DNA of 64,000 nt from an uncultured Atopobium sp. (GCA_937935155.1 CALGXY010000105.1:3500-67499); one strand, 5' to 3'. Shown: positions 29,372 to 39,537, counted from the stretch's first letter. Notes: generated from the letters alone by a model not told the origin. Made by a program: numbers and translations.

Positions 29372-29845
29372 CTATCCGACCTTCACGGAACCAGCCAGGG
29401 TAACGGTAGGATCAAGCGCCTGAGCATGCGCAAAAGCGCCTCCTGGACTACATGAACTTACCAGTGTAAACACTACCCACAAGATGATGGCTGCAAGCAA
29501 TACCGCCAGCGCCACACGACCCAGTCTCATGCGAGAAGAACGACGTCTTCTAGCCGCATATGCTGCCTGAGCTTCATCTCTGGGGTTGAGCGTGCCATAG
29601 TGATTGCCGTAAGCAGTTCTTGCTCGACCACGTGCACGAGCAGCATCTGCACGGGCATGGTTAACGGGATTTGTTGGGCGATCTTGCGTCATCCTACGCT
29701 GCGCCTGTGCACGGCTTCCAACAGCTGCGTGACGACCTCGTACCGCACGCGGAGAGGTAGAAGACTCCCCATTGCGAGAGACAGTAGGTGGAACCTGAGC
29801 TGGACGCTTTTTCTTACCAAAACCAAAGAGGTTGTTCTCTGCCAT
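29372..29845 (-). CDS. Hypothetical Arg-rich protein with C-terminal TM segment
   Basis: AAGGA RBS; basic disordered N-terminus and one hydrophobic helix. Confidence 0.65.
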   Translation of the reverse strand: MAENNLFGFGKKKRPAQVPPTVSRNGESSTSPRAVRGRHAAVGSRAQAQRRMTQDRPTNPVNHARADAARARGRARTAYGNHYGTLNPRDEAQAAYAARRRRSSRMRLGRVALAVLLAAIILWVVFTLVSSCSPGGAFAHAQALDPTVTLAGSVKVG

Positions 29846-29995
29846 CAACAATCCTTGCTAAAAGATTCGTTTACCGAAAAAAGAATACACCGACTTTGCT
29901 TTTCTCGCCTTGAAAAGCATCTATCCCGTTACAATAAAGCGCTATACAGACTGATTTTCTGTAAAGTCTGCACAATTGGAGTTCATGGGGGACGT

Positions 29996-31018
29996 GTGAA
30001 GAAACTTTTACTGATGGCAACAGGAGGAACTATTGCTTCTGTTTCCACTGAATCGGGCTTGGCTCCCTCACTTTCAGGAGAAGAGCTTTTAGCCAACGTC
30101 CCTCTTGTTCATGACCTCTGCGAATTTGATTTCAAACAAGTCATGAATATCGATAGCACCAATATGCGTCCTCAAAACTGGCTCCAGATCAGAGACGCCA
30201 TTATTGAGTCGTACGATGCCTACGACGGCTTTATTATCCTTCACGGCACCGATACCATGGCATATACTGCCGCTGCCCTCTCCTACCTCATTCAAAATAG
30301 CGAGAAACCCATTGTGCTCACAGGCTCTCAACAGCCAATGGCAAATCCGTTTACCGACGCCAAACTCAACCTCTACCACTCCGTTCTCTACGCGCTCGAC
30401 GACAGAAGCGCCGGAGTTGTGGTGGTTTTTGGCAACGAGGTTATTGCCGGCACCCGTGCTCATAAACAGCGCACACTGAGCTTCAATGCATTTACGAGCA
30501 TGAATTATCCACCGCTCGCCCACATCCGTGGCAACAAGATTATTCGTAGTGCGCCAAATGAAGAGCAGGTAGACGGCGGTCTTACAACCTATGAAACGCT
30601 CAATACGCGTGTCATAGTGCTTAAACTGACCCCCGAGCTTAATCCATCTATCTTCTACCTTCTAAAGAATGACTACGACGCCATTGTGCTTGAAACCTTT
30701 GGTATTGGCGGCATCCCCTCATACGACGGCTCTTTTGAGGAAGCTATCACCGATTGGATTGCCTCTGGTCGCACCGTAGTTATTACCACACAAGTTCCTG
30801 AAGAGGGTCTTGACCTGGGTGTATATGAAGTTGGTAGAACCTATCAAGATATGCCCGGCGTTCTCTCTGGAGACGACATGACTACCGAAGCTCTGGTTGC
30901 AAAAACTATGTGGATGCTTGGTCAGACCTCCGATCAACGAGAGCAAGAAAAACTGTTCTACCAGGTAATTTGTAACGACAGAATTCCACAGTCCGTGGAT
31001 ACAGAAATTTGCGAGTAG
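29996..31018 (+). CDS. ansA: L-asparaginase (type I)
   Basis: ATGGTIAS, HGTDTMAYTA, LTGSQ; GTG start. Confidence 0.95.
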   Translation: MKKLLLMATGGTIASVSTESGLAPSLSGEELLANVPLVHDLCEFDFKQVMNIDSTNMRPQNWLQIRDAIIESYDAYDGFIILHGTDTMAYTAAALSYLIQNSEKPIVLTGSQQPMANPFTDAKLNLYHSVLYALDDRSAGVVVVFGNEVIAGTRAHKQRTLSFNAFTSMNYPPLAHIRGNKIIRSAPNEEQVDGGLTTYETLNTRVIVLKLTPELNPSIFYLLKNDYDAIVLETFGIGGIPSYDGSFEEAITDWIASGRTVVITTQVPEEGLDLGVYEVGRTYQDMPGVLSGDDMTTEALVAKTMWMLGQTSDQREQEKLFYQVICNDRIPQSVDTEICE

Positions 31019-31021
31019 CCG

Positions 31022-31927
31022 ATGAGAGACGCCACATTCAAACCTACCGTGCTCTACCTAATTGCGCTTATCATCTGCGGTTCTAACGGAATCGTTGCAA
31101 GCTTTATCAATCTTCCTAGCTACCAAATTGTCTTCTTCCGTATGCTTTTGGGTACGCTCTTTTTGCTCGCGGTTAAGCTTGTGCATAAAGAAGCTTTTAC
31201 CATTCAAAACTACCCCAAGGACTTCCAGGCGCTCATTGGATCAGGCATTGCCTTGGGTCTTCAGTGGACCTTCCTTTTTGAGGCGTACCACCTGGTAGGC
31301 GTTGGTATTGCAACGCTTGAGTATTACTGCGGTCCCGTTATTGTAATGGCGCTCTCTCCCCTTTTATTTGGCGAGAAACTCACTGCTAAAAAGATACTTG
31401 GATTTCTTGTAGTTGTTATTGGAGCTGCTCTTATTATTGGCTATGGAGTTGGACTGAACCTCTCGCCAGTTGGTCTTCTTCTAGGCGCTCTCTCTGCTGT
31501 TCTTTATGCCGTCATGGTTATTTGTAACAGGCAACTCAAAGATGTTTCTGGTATTGAAGGTACCAGCATTCAGCTGGGCATTGGCTGCGCTATTGTTGCT
31601 CTGGTTACTGTTGTATTCCATGGCATTGAGCTGCCCGCGGATCCAGCATCGGTAAATTGGCTTGCCGTTTTGACCATCGGCCTCTTTAACACAGGCCTTG
31701 GATCATTTTTGTATTTCCCACAACTTACCAAGATTCCAGTTCAGCGCGTGGCAGTCTTTGGCTACCTTGAGCCACTCTCTGCAGTTATTTTCTCGGCACT
31801 TATCCTTGGCGAGCCTTTTGGTCTTCTCAAAATAATAGGCACCGCCTGCATCATAGGCGGTGCCATCTTTGCTGAGCTATCAGGTTCCTCTTCAAACAAA
31901 TCAGAGGCTATTGAAACTCCACTGTAA
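31022..31927 (+). CDS. DMT/EamA family transporter
   Basis: About 10 TM in two EamA repeats; YLEPLSAVIFS. Confidence 0.9.
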   Translation: MRDATFKPTVLYLIALIICGSNGIVASFINLPSYQIVFFRMLLGTLFLLAVKLVHKEAFTIQNYPKDFQALIGSGIALGLQWTFLFEAYHLVGVGIATLEYYCGPVIVMALSPLLFGEKLTAKKILGFLVVVIGAALIIGYGVGLNLSPVGLLLGALSAVLYAVMVICNRQLKDVSGIEGTSIQLGIGCAIVALVTVVFHGIELPADPASVNWLAVLTIGLFNTGLGSFLYFPQLTKIPVQRVAVFGYLEPLSAVIFSALILGEPFGLLKIIGTACIIGGAIFAELSGSSSNKSEAIETPL

Positions 31928-31952
31928 GCAATAACGCAGAAGCGCGGCGAGC

Positions 31953-32468
31953 TTACATTGGCATAGTAGGAGCCACAAAGACGCGAGCAGCGTTCTCGCG
32001 GTCAAGATCAAACAGGTTCTTTGGATCTCCACCAAAGAGCTCTACTGCCTTGAGAAGATCGGAGGCATTTGCCTCTTCCTCACCCTGCTCCTTAACGTAC
32101 CAGTCAAGCAGCTGCATAGTGCGGAAATCGTTTGCCTTCTGAGCAACGGCATAGCACTCGTTAATGCTTGCAGTAATGAACTGCTCGTGCTCGTATGCTG
32201 CCTTGATTGGCTCAACTACCTTGGAGAAGGTAAGGTCTGGCTTTGCGATTGCCTCCATGGTTGGAGTCCAATCGTTATCAAGCAGATAACGACGAAGAAT
32301 ACGTGCGTGAGCAAGCTCTTCCTGAGACTGAATAACATACCAGTTTGCAAAGCCCTTCAGGCCCTGCTCCTCATAGAAATCTGCAAAGGTTAGATACAGA
32401 TAAGCGGAATAGAACTCTTTGTTGATCTGCTGATTAAGGATGTTACCAACGTTTGTATCAAGTGCCAT
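31953..32468 (-). CDS. ftnA: Non-heme ferritin
   Basis: QINKEFYSAYLY, QSQEELAHA, HEQFITASIN, WYVKEQGEEE. Confidence 0.95.
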   Translation of the reverse strand: MALDTNVGNILNQQINKEFYSAYLYLTFADFYEEQGLKGFANWYVIQSQEELAHARILRRYLLDNDWTPTMEAIAKPDLTFSKVVEPIKAAYEHEQFITASINECYAVAQKANDFRTMQLLDWYVKEQGEEEANASDLLKAVELFGGDPKNLFDLDRENAARVFVAPTMPM

Positions 32469-32498
32469 GTTCTTCTCTTTCCTCGTAACTTTTTCTCA

Positions 32499-32530
32499 AA
32501 AAATGAGAAGCTCTTTGGCTTCTCATTTTT
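32499..32530 (-). terminator. Hairpin/terminator between ettA and ftnA
   Basis: AAAAATGAGAAGC-6-GCTTCTCATTTTT perfect stem; about 30 nt from the ftnA start. Confidence 0.6.
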
Positions 32531-32576
32531 GATACCCAGTTGTTAGTCTCTTAAACAGATTGCACAAAATCTCAAT

Positions 32577-32601
32577 GATAAAAATAGTTGCTATTTTTAT
32601 C
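32577..32601. promoter_or_regulatory. AT-rich palindrome upstream of ferritin, candidate operator
   Basis: GATAAAAATAG-TTG-CTATTTTTATC perfect 11-bp arms. Confidence 0.5.
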
Positions 32602-32638
32602 TTCTATTTGAATGCGCTGCGCTTGCGCCACCTATACG

Positions 32639-34318
32639 TTAGTCGCGGGTGAGCTTGCGGTGAATGCGATGAGGACGAGCAGCCTCCTGACCAAGTCTTT
32701 CGATACGATTGGCCTGGTAAGCCTCAAAGTTACCCTCAAACCAGAACCACTTACCTGGGTTCTCGTCGTCGCCCTCCCACGCAAGGATGTGCGTAGCAAT
32801 ACGGTCCAAGAACCAGCGGTCGTGGCTGGTTACCACCGAGCAACCTGGGAAGCGCTCAAGTGCATCCTCAAGGCTTTCCAGCGTCTCAATATCAAGGTCG
32901 TTAGTAGGCTCGTCCAAAAGCAGAAGGTTTCCGCCCTGCTTGAGCGTAAGAGCAAGGTTTAGACGGTTCCTCTCGCCACCAGAAAGAACGCCAGCACGCT
33001 TCTGCTGATCAGGTCCTTTGAAGCCAAAGCTGGCCACATAGGCGCGGCTTGGAATCTCCGTGTCCCCCACCTTGATGAAGTCGTTTCCGTCAGAGACAAC
33101 CTCCCAGATAGTTTTGTCTGGGTCAATTCCTTGCCTGAGCTGGTCAACGTAAGAAATCTGGACTGTCTCGCCGATCTCAAGCGTGCCAGAGGTGAGCTCC
33201 TCCTGGCCGACAATAGCCTTGAACAGCGTAGACTTACCGACGCCGTTAGGGCCAATCACGCCAACGATGCCGTTTCTTGGCAGGCTAAACGAGAGGTCGT
33301 CGATAAGAACGCGGTCGCCGAAGGCCTTGTGGATGTGATCGGCCTCCAGGACCTTCTGGCCCAAACGCGGACCCACAGGAATCTGGATCTCGGTGAAGTC
33401 GAGCTTCTTGGATGCGCGAGCTTCTGCTTCCATCTGCTCATAGCGATCAAGACGCGCGCGGTTCTTTGCCTGGCGAGCCTTAGGAGACGAACGAACCCAC
33501 TCCAGCTCAGCGCGCATTTTCTTAGCGCGCTTGACATCCTGTTGGTTCTGAGCCTCAAGGCGCGCTGCCTTGTTCTCCAGGTAGGTTGAGTAGTTGCCCT
33601 CGTAAGGATAGAGCTGTCCGCGGTCAACCTCGCAGATCCACTCGGCAACGTCGTCGAGGAAGTAGCGGTCGTGCGTGACGGCCATGACGGCGCCGGGGTA
33701 ATCGTGCAGGAACTTCTCAAGCCAGAGCACCGACTCCGCGTCAAGGTGGTTGGTGGGCTCGTCAAGAAGCAGCAGGTCAGGTGCCTCGAGAAGCAGACGA
33801 CATAGGGCTACACGGCGTTTCTCGCCACCAGAGAGATGGGTGACGGGAGAATCTGGATCCGGGCACTGCAGCGCGTCCATGGCCTGGGAGAGCTGGCTGT
33901 CCAAGTCCCAGCCGTTAGCTGCGTCAATCTCGGTCTGGAGCTGGCCCATCTCTGTCATCAGGGCGTCAAAATCGGCGTCAGGATTTCCCATCTCAACGCC
34001 AATCTCATTGAAGCGCGCAATCTTGGCAAGCAGGTCACCGAAAGCAAGCTCGATGTTCTCCTTGACCGTTTTGGTCTCATCTAGCGGCGGCTCCTGCTGG
34101 AGCAGGCCAACGGTGTAACCTGGGGTAAGCTTTGCCTCGCCGTTAGAGACGTCCTCCATGCCGGCAATGACCTTGAGCAGGGTGGACTTTCCCATGCCGT
34201 TTGGACCCACGACGCCGATTTTTGCGCCAGGGTACACGCCGACGGTGACGTCATCAAGGATGACCTTCTCGCCGACAGCTTTGCGAGCCTTGTACATCTG
34301 ATAGACAAACTCTGCCAT
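32639..34318 (-). CDS. ettA: Energy-dependent translational throttle ABC-F ATPase
   Basis: Two ABC domains, ELEWVRSSPKARQAK linker, WFEGNF C-terminus. Confidence 0.96.
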   Translation of the reverse strand: MAEFVYQMYKARKAVGEKVILDDVTVGVYPGAKIGVVGPNGMGKSTLLKVIAGMEDVSNGEAKLTPGYTVGLLQQEPPLDETKTVKENIELAFGDLLAKIARFNEIGVEMGNPDADFDALMTEMGQLQTEIDAANGWDLDSQLSQAMDALQCPDPDSPVTHLSGGEKRRVALCRLLLEAPDLLLLDEPTNHLDAESVLWLEKFLHDYPGAVMAVTHDRYFLDDVAEWICEVDRGQLYPYEGNYSTYLENKAARLEAQNQQDVKRAKKMRAELEWVRSSPKARQAKNRARLDRYEQMEAEARASKKLDFTEIQIPVGPRLGQKVLEADHIHKAFGDRVLIDDLSFSLPRNGIVGVIGPNGVGKSTLFKAIVGQEELTSGTLEIGETVQISYVDQLRQGIDPDKTIWEVVSDGNDFIKVGDTEIPSRAYVASFGFKGPDQQKRAGVLSGGERNRLNLALTLKQGGNLLLLDEPTNDLDIETLESLEDALERFPGCSVVTSHDRWFLDRIATHILAWEGDDENPGKWFWFEGNFEAYQANRIERLGQEAARPHRIHRKLTRD

Positions 34319-34483
34319 GTGCTCCTCCTTAAGGGGCTGTCAGATGAAATATTCACATAGTCCATTCTAATGAAATATTGCGAGGACTCCACCGCAGAAG
34401 AAGCGGGAAGAAGGCGCGCGGGTGCGCCGCGAGGCGTGCAGGTGCGGGATGCGAGGCGCGCGGGAGCGGTTGCAAAACCTGAA

Positions 34484-34706
34484 AACACACCTATGTAAGA
34501 TAATCTGCTCAAAAAGCGTATACATTGCACCCAAAACCTCTATATCTTGCAGATTATTTGACTTAGGTGTGTTTTTCGCCCCGGATTCAGCAGACTATCT
34601 GACATAGGTGTGTTGTTAAAGGCTTAAAAATAGCGGTAGTTAAACTATTTATATAATGATATTCATCATTACGTATATCAAACCTTATTTATACATGAAA
34701 ATGAAT
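34484..34706. repeat. Mosaic intergenic repeat element, copy 2 (opposite orientation to copy 1)
   Basis: Same 23-mer as at 9973: inverted at 34484-34506, direct at 34551 and 34592; ATACA-N6-TGAAT box at 34691-34706. Confidence 0.85.
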
Positions 34707-34899
34707 TAACCCATTAATTGTGATCATGACTTACGCTAGATTGCCGTCTTCAGATGGTTTGTTGCAAGGAACTCCCAAATTTCCAAGCCATCTAGCACAC
34801 TCGAAATGCAAATTGCCATTCAACCGCACGTCACAAACGAGCTGGAAGAATGGCAATAAACTGTGGTTGACGTGGCCTTTTGTGGCGTGGCCTAGGCTA

Positions 34900-36711
34900 C
34901 TATGGTTTGACGTGTCCTTGATTTGCTTTTTCTACGGCGTCTTTGACCATTTGCGCATACAAGGTGCCACCACGATTAATGGAATCTGAATCAGAGCCAA
35001 AGTGAACGTAGTCAGTACCTGTCCAAATGTCAGGATTATCCTGAGCAACCTGAGCCCAATCCGCAATGGTAATGAAGTCGTACTGTTGAGCAAGCTCAAG
35101 CTCGTGCGCGCGAATAGCATTTGCACCAGCATTTGGATCGGAGTTTCTACCGTCATACGGAGTGACAAAAATCAGACGATGTCCGCGCGGCAGCATGTCC
35201 ACAATCTTATCAACCGCATCGGAGCCACCAACAGGGTTGGTGCCCAGGGCAACAACAACGTCCTGGTAGAGGGTGTTGTTATCGATCGCAGACTGCAACA
35301 AATCTACGCCCATCGCCACGTTTCTACTAACAGAAGCGTCAATTTGAGCATCGGGCAGCGCATCCTGCAGGTAAGAACGAGCGCGTAGCGAAACAGAATC
35401 GCCAATGTAGGTGACTCCCTCAACAACGTTGTAGTTGCTTGCCTGCGAGGTATCCGCATGCTTGCGAGTCATGGTCATGGTGCTCTGCTCCTGTAACGAA
35501 GCGTTGAGCAGCAGATCGTTCTGGAAATCGCTGAGCTGTGGAGCGGTTAGCGCAATAAAGGCGACGGCCGCAGCAAAAGGAATAAGCGCAAGACCGGCAC
35601 TTCGCAAAACCTTCTGACCATCAAGCTTGATGCGCGAGAAGATCTCTGGAGACTTCCCTGCCAACGCTGGCTCAAGCACATAGAACGAGCAGCTTGCAAA
35701 TACAAACGAAAGCACCAGGGTTAGGAGTGCAGCTAGGACTGGATCGACCTTCTCGGCAAAAATAATGTACAAAGGCCAGTGGAACAGATACACGCCGTAG
35801 CTGGTATCTGCCACAAAAGAAACGACGCCAGGCTCGTTGATACCCTCGGTTTTTTGATGCAACATGCGAGCAAAGAAAATCATTGCGGCTGCTGCGAGCG
35901 AGGCAAAAAGGAAACCAAAGGTGTACGTAAAGAGGTCCTCGAAGTGCATGAAGACGCTCAGGAAGACAAGAACGCCACAGCTTGCCACAAGGCCCACAAG
36001 CGTTAGCTGAGTAGAAAGCTTCTGCTCAAGCTGGTCAAAGAGCTCACCTGTCTGGGCAATTCCTGCAACACACGATAAAAGCGCACCGATAAAGAAGGGG
36101 AACACGTGCGTTTGCGTCGAGAAATACTGGATAGAAAGATTCGTGGAGCTTTGGGCGCCGGTGGCCATCGCCAAGTAAGTAGCGACCAACAGCACCAGGG
36201 AAGCTCCAGCAATCTTTACCTTATAGCTTCTAATTGTTTTGCTCATGCAAGCAAGCAGCCAGGCGCACAAACCCCAGAGCACATAAAAGTGCATTTCAAC
36301 GGCAAGACTCCAGGTGTGCAGATACACGTGAGGAGCAAATTGATTCTCATAGCTGTTGCCCAGAACTATCTCAAAGTAGTTAGTTACAAAGCCAAGAGCT
36401 GCGGCAATCTGATACTTAATACCGGAAATGAACTCGGTACGCACAAGCTGAAGAAACGGCGTGCACACAAGCACCATAAACACAAGCGGCGGCACAATTC
36501 TGTAGAAACGCCTGCGCAGGAAACCAATGACGTCGATGGATCTAAAGCGAGCAAACTCGTCAATCAAAAGAGCCGTGATGAGATAGCCCGAGAACGTAAA
36601 GAATACGTCGACGCCAATGAAGCCGCCTGGAAGCGCGTCCTTAAAAAAGTGATATATGAGGACTAAAACAAGTCCTGTTATACGTACAAGCGAAAACCAT
36701 TTAATTCGCAC
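34900..36711 (-). CDS. oatA: Peptidoglycan O-acetyltransferase (acyltransferase-3 + SGNH domain)
   Basis: GGFIGVDVFFTFSGYLIT, HTWSLAVEMHFY, GDSV, LGTN, DYVH; GTG start at VRIKWFS. Confidence 0.9.
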   Translation of the reverse strand: MRIKWFSLVRITGLVLVLIYHFFKDALPGGFIGVDVFFTFSGYLITALLIDEFARFRSIDVIGFLRRRFYRIVPPLVFMVLVCTPFLQLVRTEFISGIKYQIAAALGFVTNYFEIVLGNSYENQFAPHVYLHTWSLAVEMHFYVLWGLCAWLLACMSKTIRSYKVKIAGASLVLLVATYLAMATGAQSSTNLSIQYFSTQTHVFPFFIGALLSCVAGIAQTGELFDQLEQKLSTQLTLVGLVASCGVLVFLSVFMHFEDLFTYTFGFLFASLAAAAMIFFARMLHQKTEGINEPGVVSFVADTSYGVYLFHWPLYIIFAEKVDPVLAALLTLVLSFVFASCSFYVLEPALAGKSPEIFSRIKLDGQKVLRSAGLALIPFAAAVAFIALTAPQLSDFQNDLLLNASLQEQSTMTMTRKHADTSQASNYNVVEGVTYIGDSVSLRARSYLQDALPDAQIDASVSRNVAMGVDLLQSAIDNNTLYQDVVVALGTNPVGGSDAVDKIVDMLPRGHRLIFVTPYDGRNSDPNAGANAIRAHELELAQQYDFITIADWAQVAQDNPDIWTGTDYVHFGSDSDSINRGGTLYAQMVKDAVEKANQGHVKP

Positions 36712-37507
36712 TTTGATAAATCCCTTGCTTAAAAGTTCCTTCGTACACAATGTTGTCTTGCGTAGTGAGCTTTCCCTGGCCGTCTGCCTGGCCTTGTACA
36801 AACTGACCTTCGTACATCCAGCCATCTTTTGAGGTATACGTTCCCGTCCCCTGGAAATACCCGTCGACAAATTCTCCCTCGTAGGTATCGCCATTTTCAA
36901 AAGTCATCTTGCCTTGACCATTCATCTTTCCCTGAATGGTAGTGCCGGTATACGTCACCTGATTGTCGCCGAATACCAGCGTTTTTTGACTTGGTCGGTT
37001 AACCAGAACAATCGAGAGCACCGCAAGCACCAAAATTGCAACGACACTTACCAGCTCGAGCTTTCTTCTGCCCGCACTCACCGGGCGAGAATGACGCTGC
37101 TCTGGTTCTGGATCTGCTTGATTGCGAGGACGCTTCTCCACACGAATGCTTTTGCGTGCAGATAGAGGCGTTTTCTGGCGCTTCTTTTTCTCTGGCGCAA
37201 CTTTAGACCGCATATTTTCTACAGATTTTTCTGCAGGTTTTTCTACGGGCTGTGCAGCAGACACTTCTGCAGGCTTACGCTGCGCAAACGACGCAAAAGC
37301 AGACGAAAGCTGCTCAGATGCAGTCTGCAGGGAGGCTACTGGACTTGCCGTAGTATCAGCCTTTTCTACGGAAGCCTGAGGTGCTTCTACAGGCGCAACT
37401 TCCCTTGCCTCAGATGAAGACTCAGGGACATGCGCTGCTTTAACCATATGACGAGCGTTTCTTTTTTTAGCAGAAAAACGCGTAGGAGAACTCACTAGGT
37501 ATTCCAA
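36701..37507 (-). CDS. MORN-repeat membrane protein with long low-complexity N-terminus
   Basis: YEGEFVDG..QGTGTY and YEGQFVQG..DGQGKL repeats after one TM; overlaps oatA start. Confidence 0.88.
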   Translation of the reverse strand: MEYLVSSPTRFSAKKRNARHMVKAAHVPESSSEAREVAPVEAPQASVEKADTTASPVASLQTASEQLSSAFASFAQRKPAEVSAAQPVEKPAEKSVENMRSKVAPEKKKRQKTPLSARKSIRVEKRPRNQADPEPEQRHSRPVSAGRRKLELVSVVAILVLAVLSIVLVNRPSQKTLVFGDNQVTYTGTTIQGKMNGQGKMTFENGDTYEGEFVDGYFQGTGTYTSKDGWMYEGQFVQGQADGQGKLTTQDNIVYEGTFKQGIYQSAN

Positions 37508-37746
37508 TTCAATCGATTTGTTAACTATTTCATTGTACTAATTTCCTTCAACTTTTGAATTGTCATTTGTCCTATACACATTTACCAGATTCACAGGTAC
37601 GCCCGCTGTTTTTCTGCGATTTTCTGTTCTAAGGAAAAAGAGAGAGGGGTACACTACAAGGTGGTATTAAAAAAGAAACAAAATGTGCTTACTAAAGTGT
37701 GTTCTAATTAGAAAATTACATCATCGACATTATCAGGGAGGCGAAG

Positions 37747-39414
37747 ATGGCAGAAGCAATTCGTAAAGTAAATATCATTGGCCATTTGAACCCAGATACA
37801 GACAGCATTTGTGCTGCAATTTCTTATGCGTATCTCAAAAATCAGATTGACAACCCTATCTATGAAGCTCGTCGCGCTGGCTCACTCAACCGTGAGACTG
37901 CGTTTGTCCTAAATCACTTTGGCTTTGAAGAGCCGCAGCTTATTACTACAGTTACTCCTCAGATTAAAGATGCAGAGATTCAGACACAGCCAAAGGTTGA
38001 TGCTGGAATGAGCCTCTATGCTGCTTGGCAGCTTATGCAGGACGTTAAGCTTGATACACTCTGCGTTACTGATGAGGAAGAAGAGCTTACCGGCCTGATT
38101 GCCGTTAAAGATATTGCAAATGCAAACATGAGTCTTTCCGAGCCAAACCTGCTCTCTAAGGCTAAGACAAGCTATGAAAATATCGTTTCTACGCTTGATG
38201 GCACCATGGTTCTTGGTGATCCTCAGGGCGTTGTTAAGCAGGGCAATATTCGCGTTGGTACCAGCGCTTCCGCCCTTTCAGAGATTGTTGACGCTGGCGA
38301 TATCATTGTTGTTGCTGGCAACCATGAGAACCAGACTATCGCAGTTGAGCACGGTGCTTCCTGCCTTATTGTCTCTTGCGATGCTCCAATTGCTCAGGAC
38401 GTCATTGACCTGGCTAAAAAGCGTGATTGCGCTATTATCAGCACTCCTCGCGATACCTTTGAGGTAGCTCGCCTGCTTATCATGTCTATGCCTGTCCGTG
38501 AGAAGATGCTCACTGACGACATCCTTAAGTTCAGCGTCAACACCGCAATTGATGATGCTCGTAAGGAAATGACCAACTCAAGGCACCGCTTCTTCCCTGT
38601 TATCAACGAGAACGGAACTTTTGCTGGTCTTATCAGCGGTCCTGGTCTTTTGAATCCTCGCAAGAAGCATGTCATTCTTGTTGACCACAACGAGCGCACT
38701 CAGGCAGTTGATGGTCTTGAGCAGGCAGAGATTATGGAGATTGTTGATCACCACCGCATCGGCTCCATTGAGACTTCTAACCCAATTACCTTTAGAAACG
38801 TCCCTGTTGGCTGCACCTGCACCATCATCTATGGCCTCTACCACGAGTACGGCATCGAGATTCCAAAGAATATTGCTGGCCTCATGCTCTCTGCAATTCT
38901 TTCCGACACCCTTGCATTCCGCTCCCCTACCTGCACTGAGCGCGATATTGTTGCTGGTAAGAAGCTTGCAGAGATTTGCGGAGAAGACATTGACGCTTAC
39001 TCTGAGCAAATGTTTGACGCTGGCGCAGACCTCACTGGTCGTACTGCAGAAGAAGTCTTCCATGGTGACTACAAGGTATTCAGTCGTGGTGGCGTAAAGT
39101 TTGGCGTTGGCCAGGGCTCCTTCATGACCGAGTCCAGCCGCAAAGCTGCAGAGGAACTTGTTGGACCATTCTTGGAGACTGCCGCTAAGTCCGAAGAGCT
39201 CCCAATGGTCTTCTACATGTTCACCGACGTAAAGAGCCAGGTCACCGAGATGCTCTTCTACGGTGCAAACGCTGCCAACGTCATCGAGCGCGCCTTTAAC
39301 GTAAAGGTTGACGGCAACATTGCTGTTCTTCCAGGAGTTGTCAGTCGTAAGAAGCAGGTTGTTCCATCTCTCATGGCAACGCTTCAGACGCTCGCCGAGG
39401 AAAACGCTAACTAA
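37747..39414 (+). CDS. ppaC: Mn-dependent inorganic pyrophosphatase with CBS-DRTGG-CBS insert
   Basis: GHLNPDTDS, LVDHNE, IVDHH, ILSDT, VVSRKKQ; long central insertion. Confidence 0.94.
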   Translation: MAEAIRKVNIIGHLNPDTDSICAAISYAYLKNQIDNPIYEARRAGSLNRETAFVLNHFGFEEPQLITTVTPQIKDAEIQTQPKVDAGMSLYAAWQLMQDVKLDTLCVTDEEEELTGLIAVKDIANANMSLSEPNLLSKAKTSYENIVSTLDGTMVLGDPQGVVKQGNIRVGTSASALSEIVDAGDIIVVAGNHENQTIAVEHGASCLIVSCDAPIAQDVIDLAKKRDCAIISTPRDTFEVARLLIMSMPVREKMLTDDILKFSVNTAIDDARKEMTNSRHRFFPVINENGTFAGLISGPGLLNPRKKHVILVDHNERTQAVDGLEQAEIMEIVDHHRIGSIETSNPITFRNVPVGCTCTIIYGLYHEYGIEIPKNIAGLMLSAILSDTLAFRSPTCTERDIVAGKKLAEICGEDIDAYSEQMFDAGADLTGRTAEEVFHGDYKVFSRGGVKFGVGQGSFMTESSRKAAEELVGPFLETAAKSEELPMVFYMFTDVKSQVTEMLFYGANAANVIERAFNVKVDGNIAVLPGVVSRKKQVVPSLMATLQTLAEENAN

Positions 39415-39502
39415 CACGGGTTTTTCACACGTCGCACCTTATGCGAGCTTCCACTGCGCGGGTTTCTCGCGCGTCGGATTTCTCGCCATTGATTGAAATG
39501 AT

Positions 39503-39537
39503 AACGCCTACCTGCACTTTCGCGGGTAGGCGTTTTT
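39503..39537. terminator. Intrinsic terminator
   Basis: AACGCCTACC...GGTAGGCGTTTTT between convergent genes. Confidence 0.8.

Noticed and set aside
29600..29995. N-terminal extension of asparaginase (likewise oatA 36712-36900 and the fruK-like gene 12078-12188)
   Set aside because: Overlaps other genes or spacers; family homology starts at the downstream start codons.
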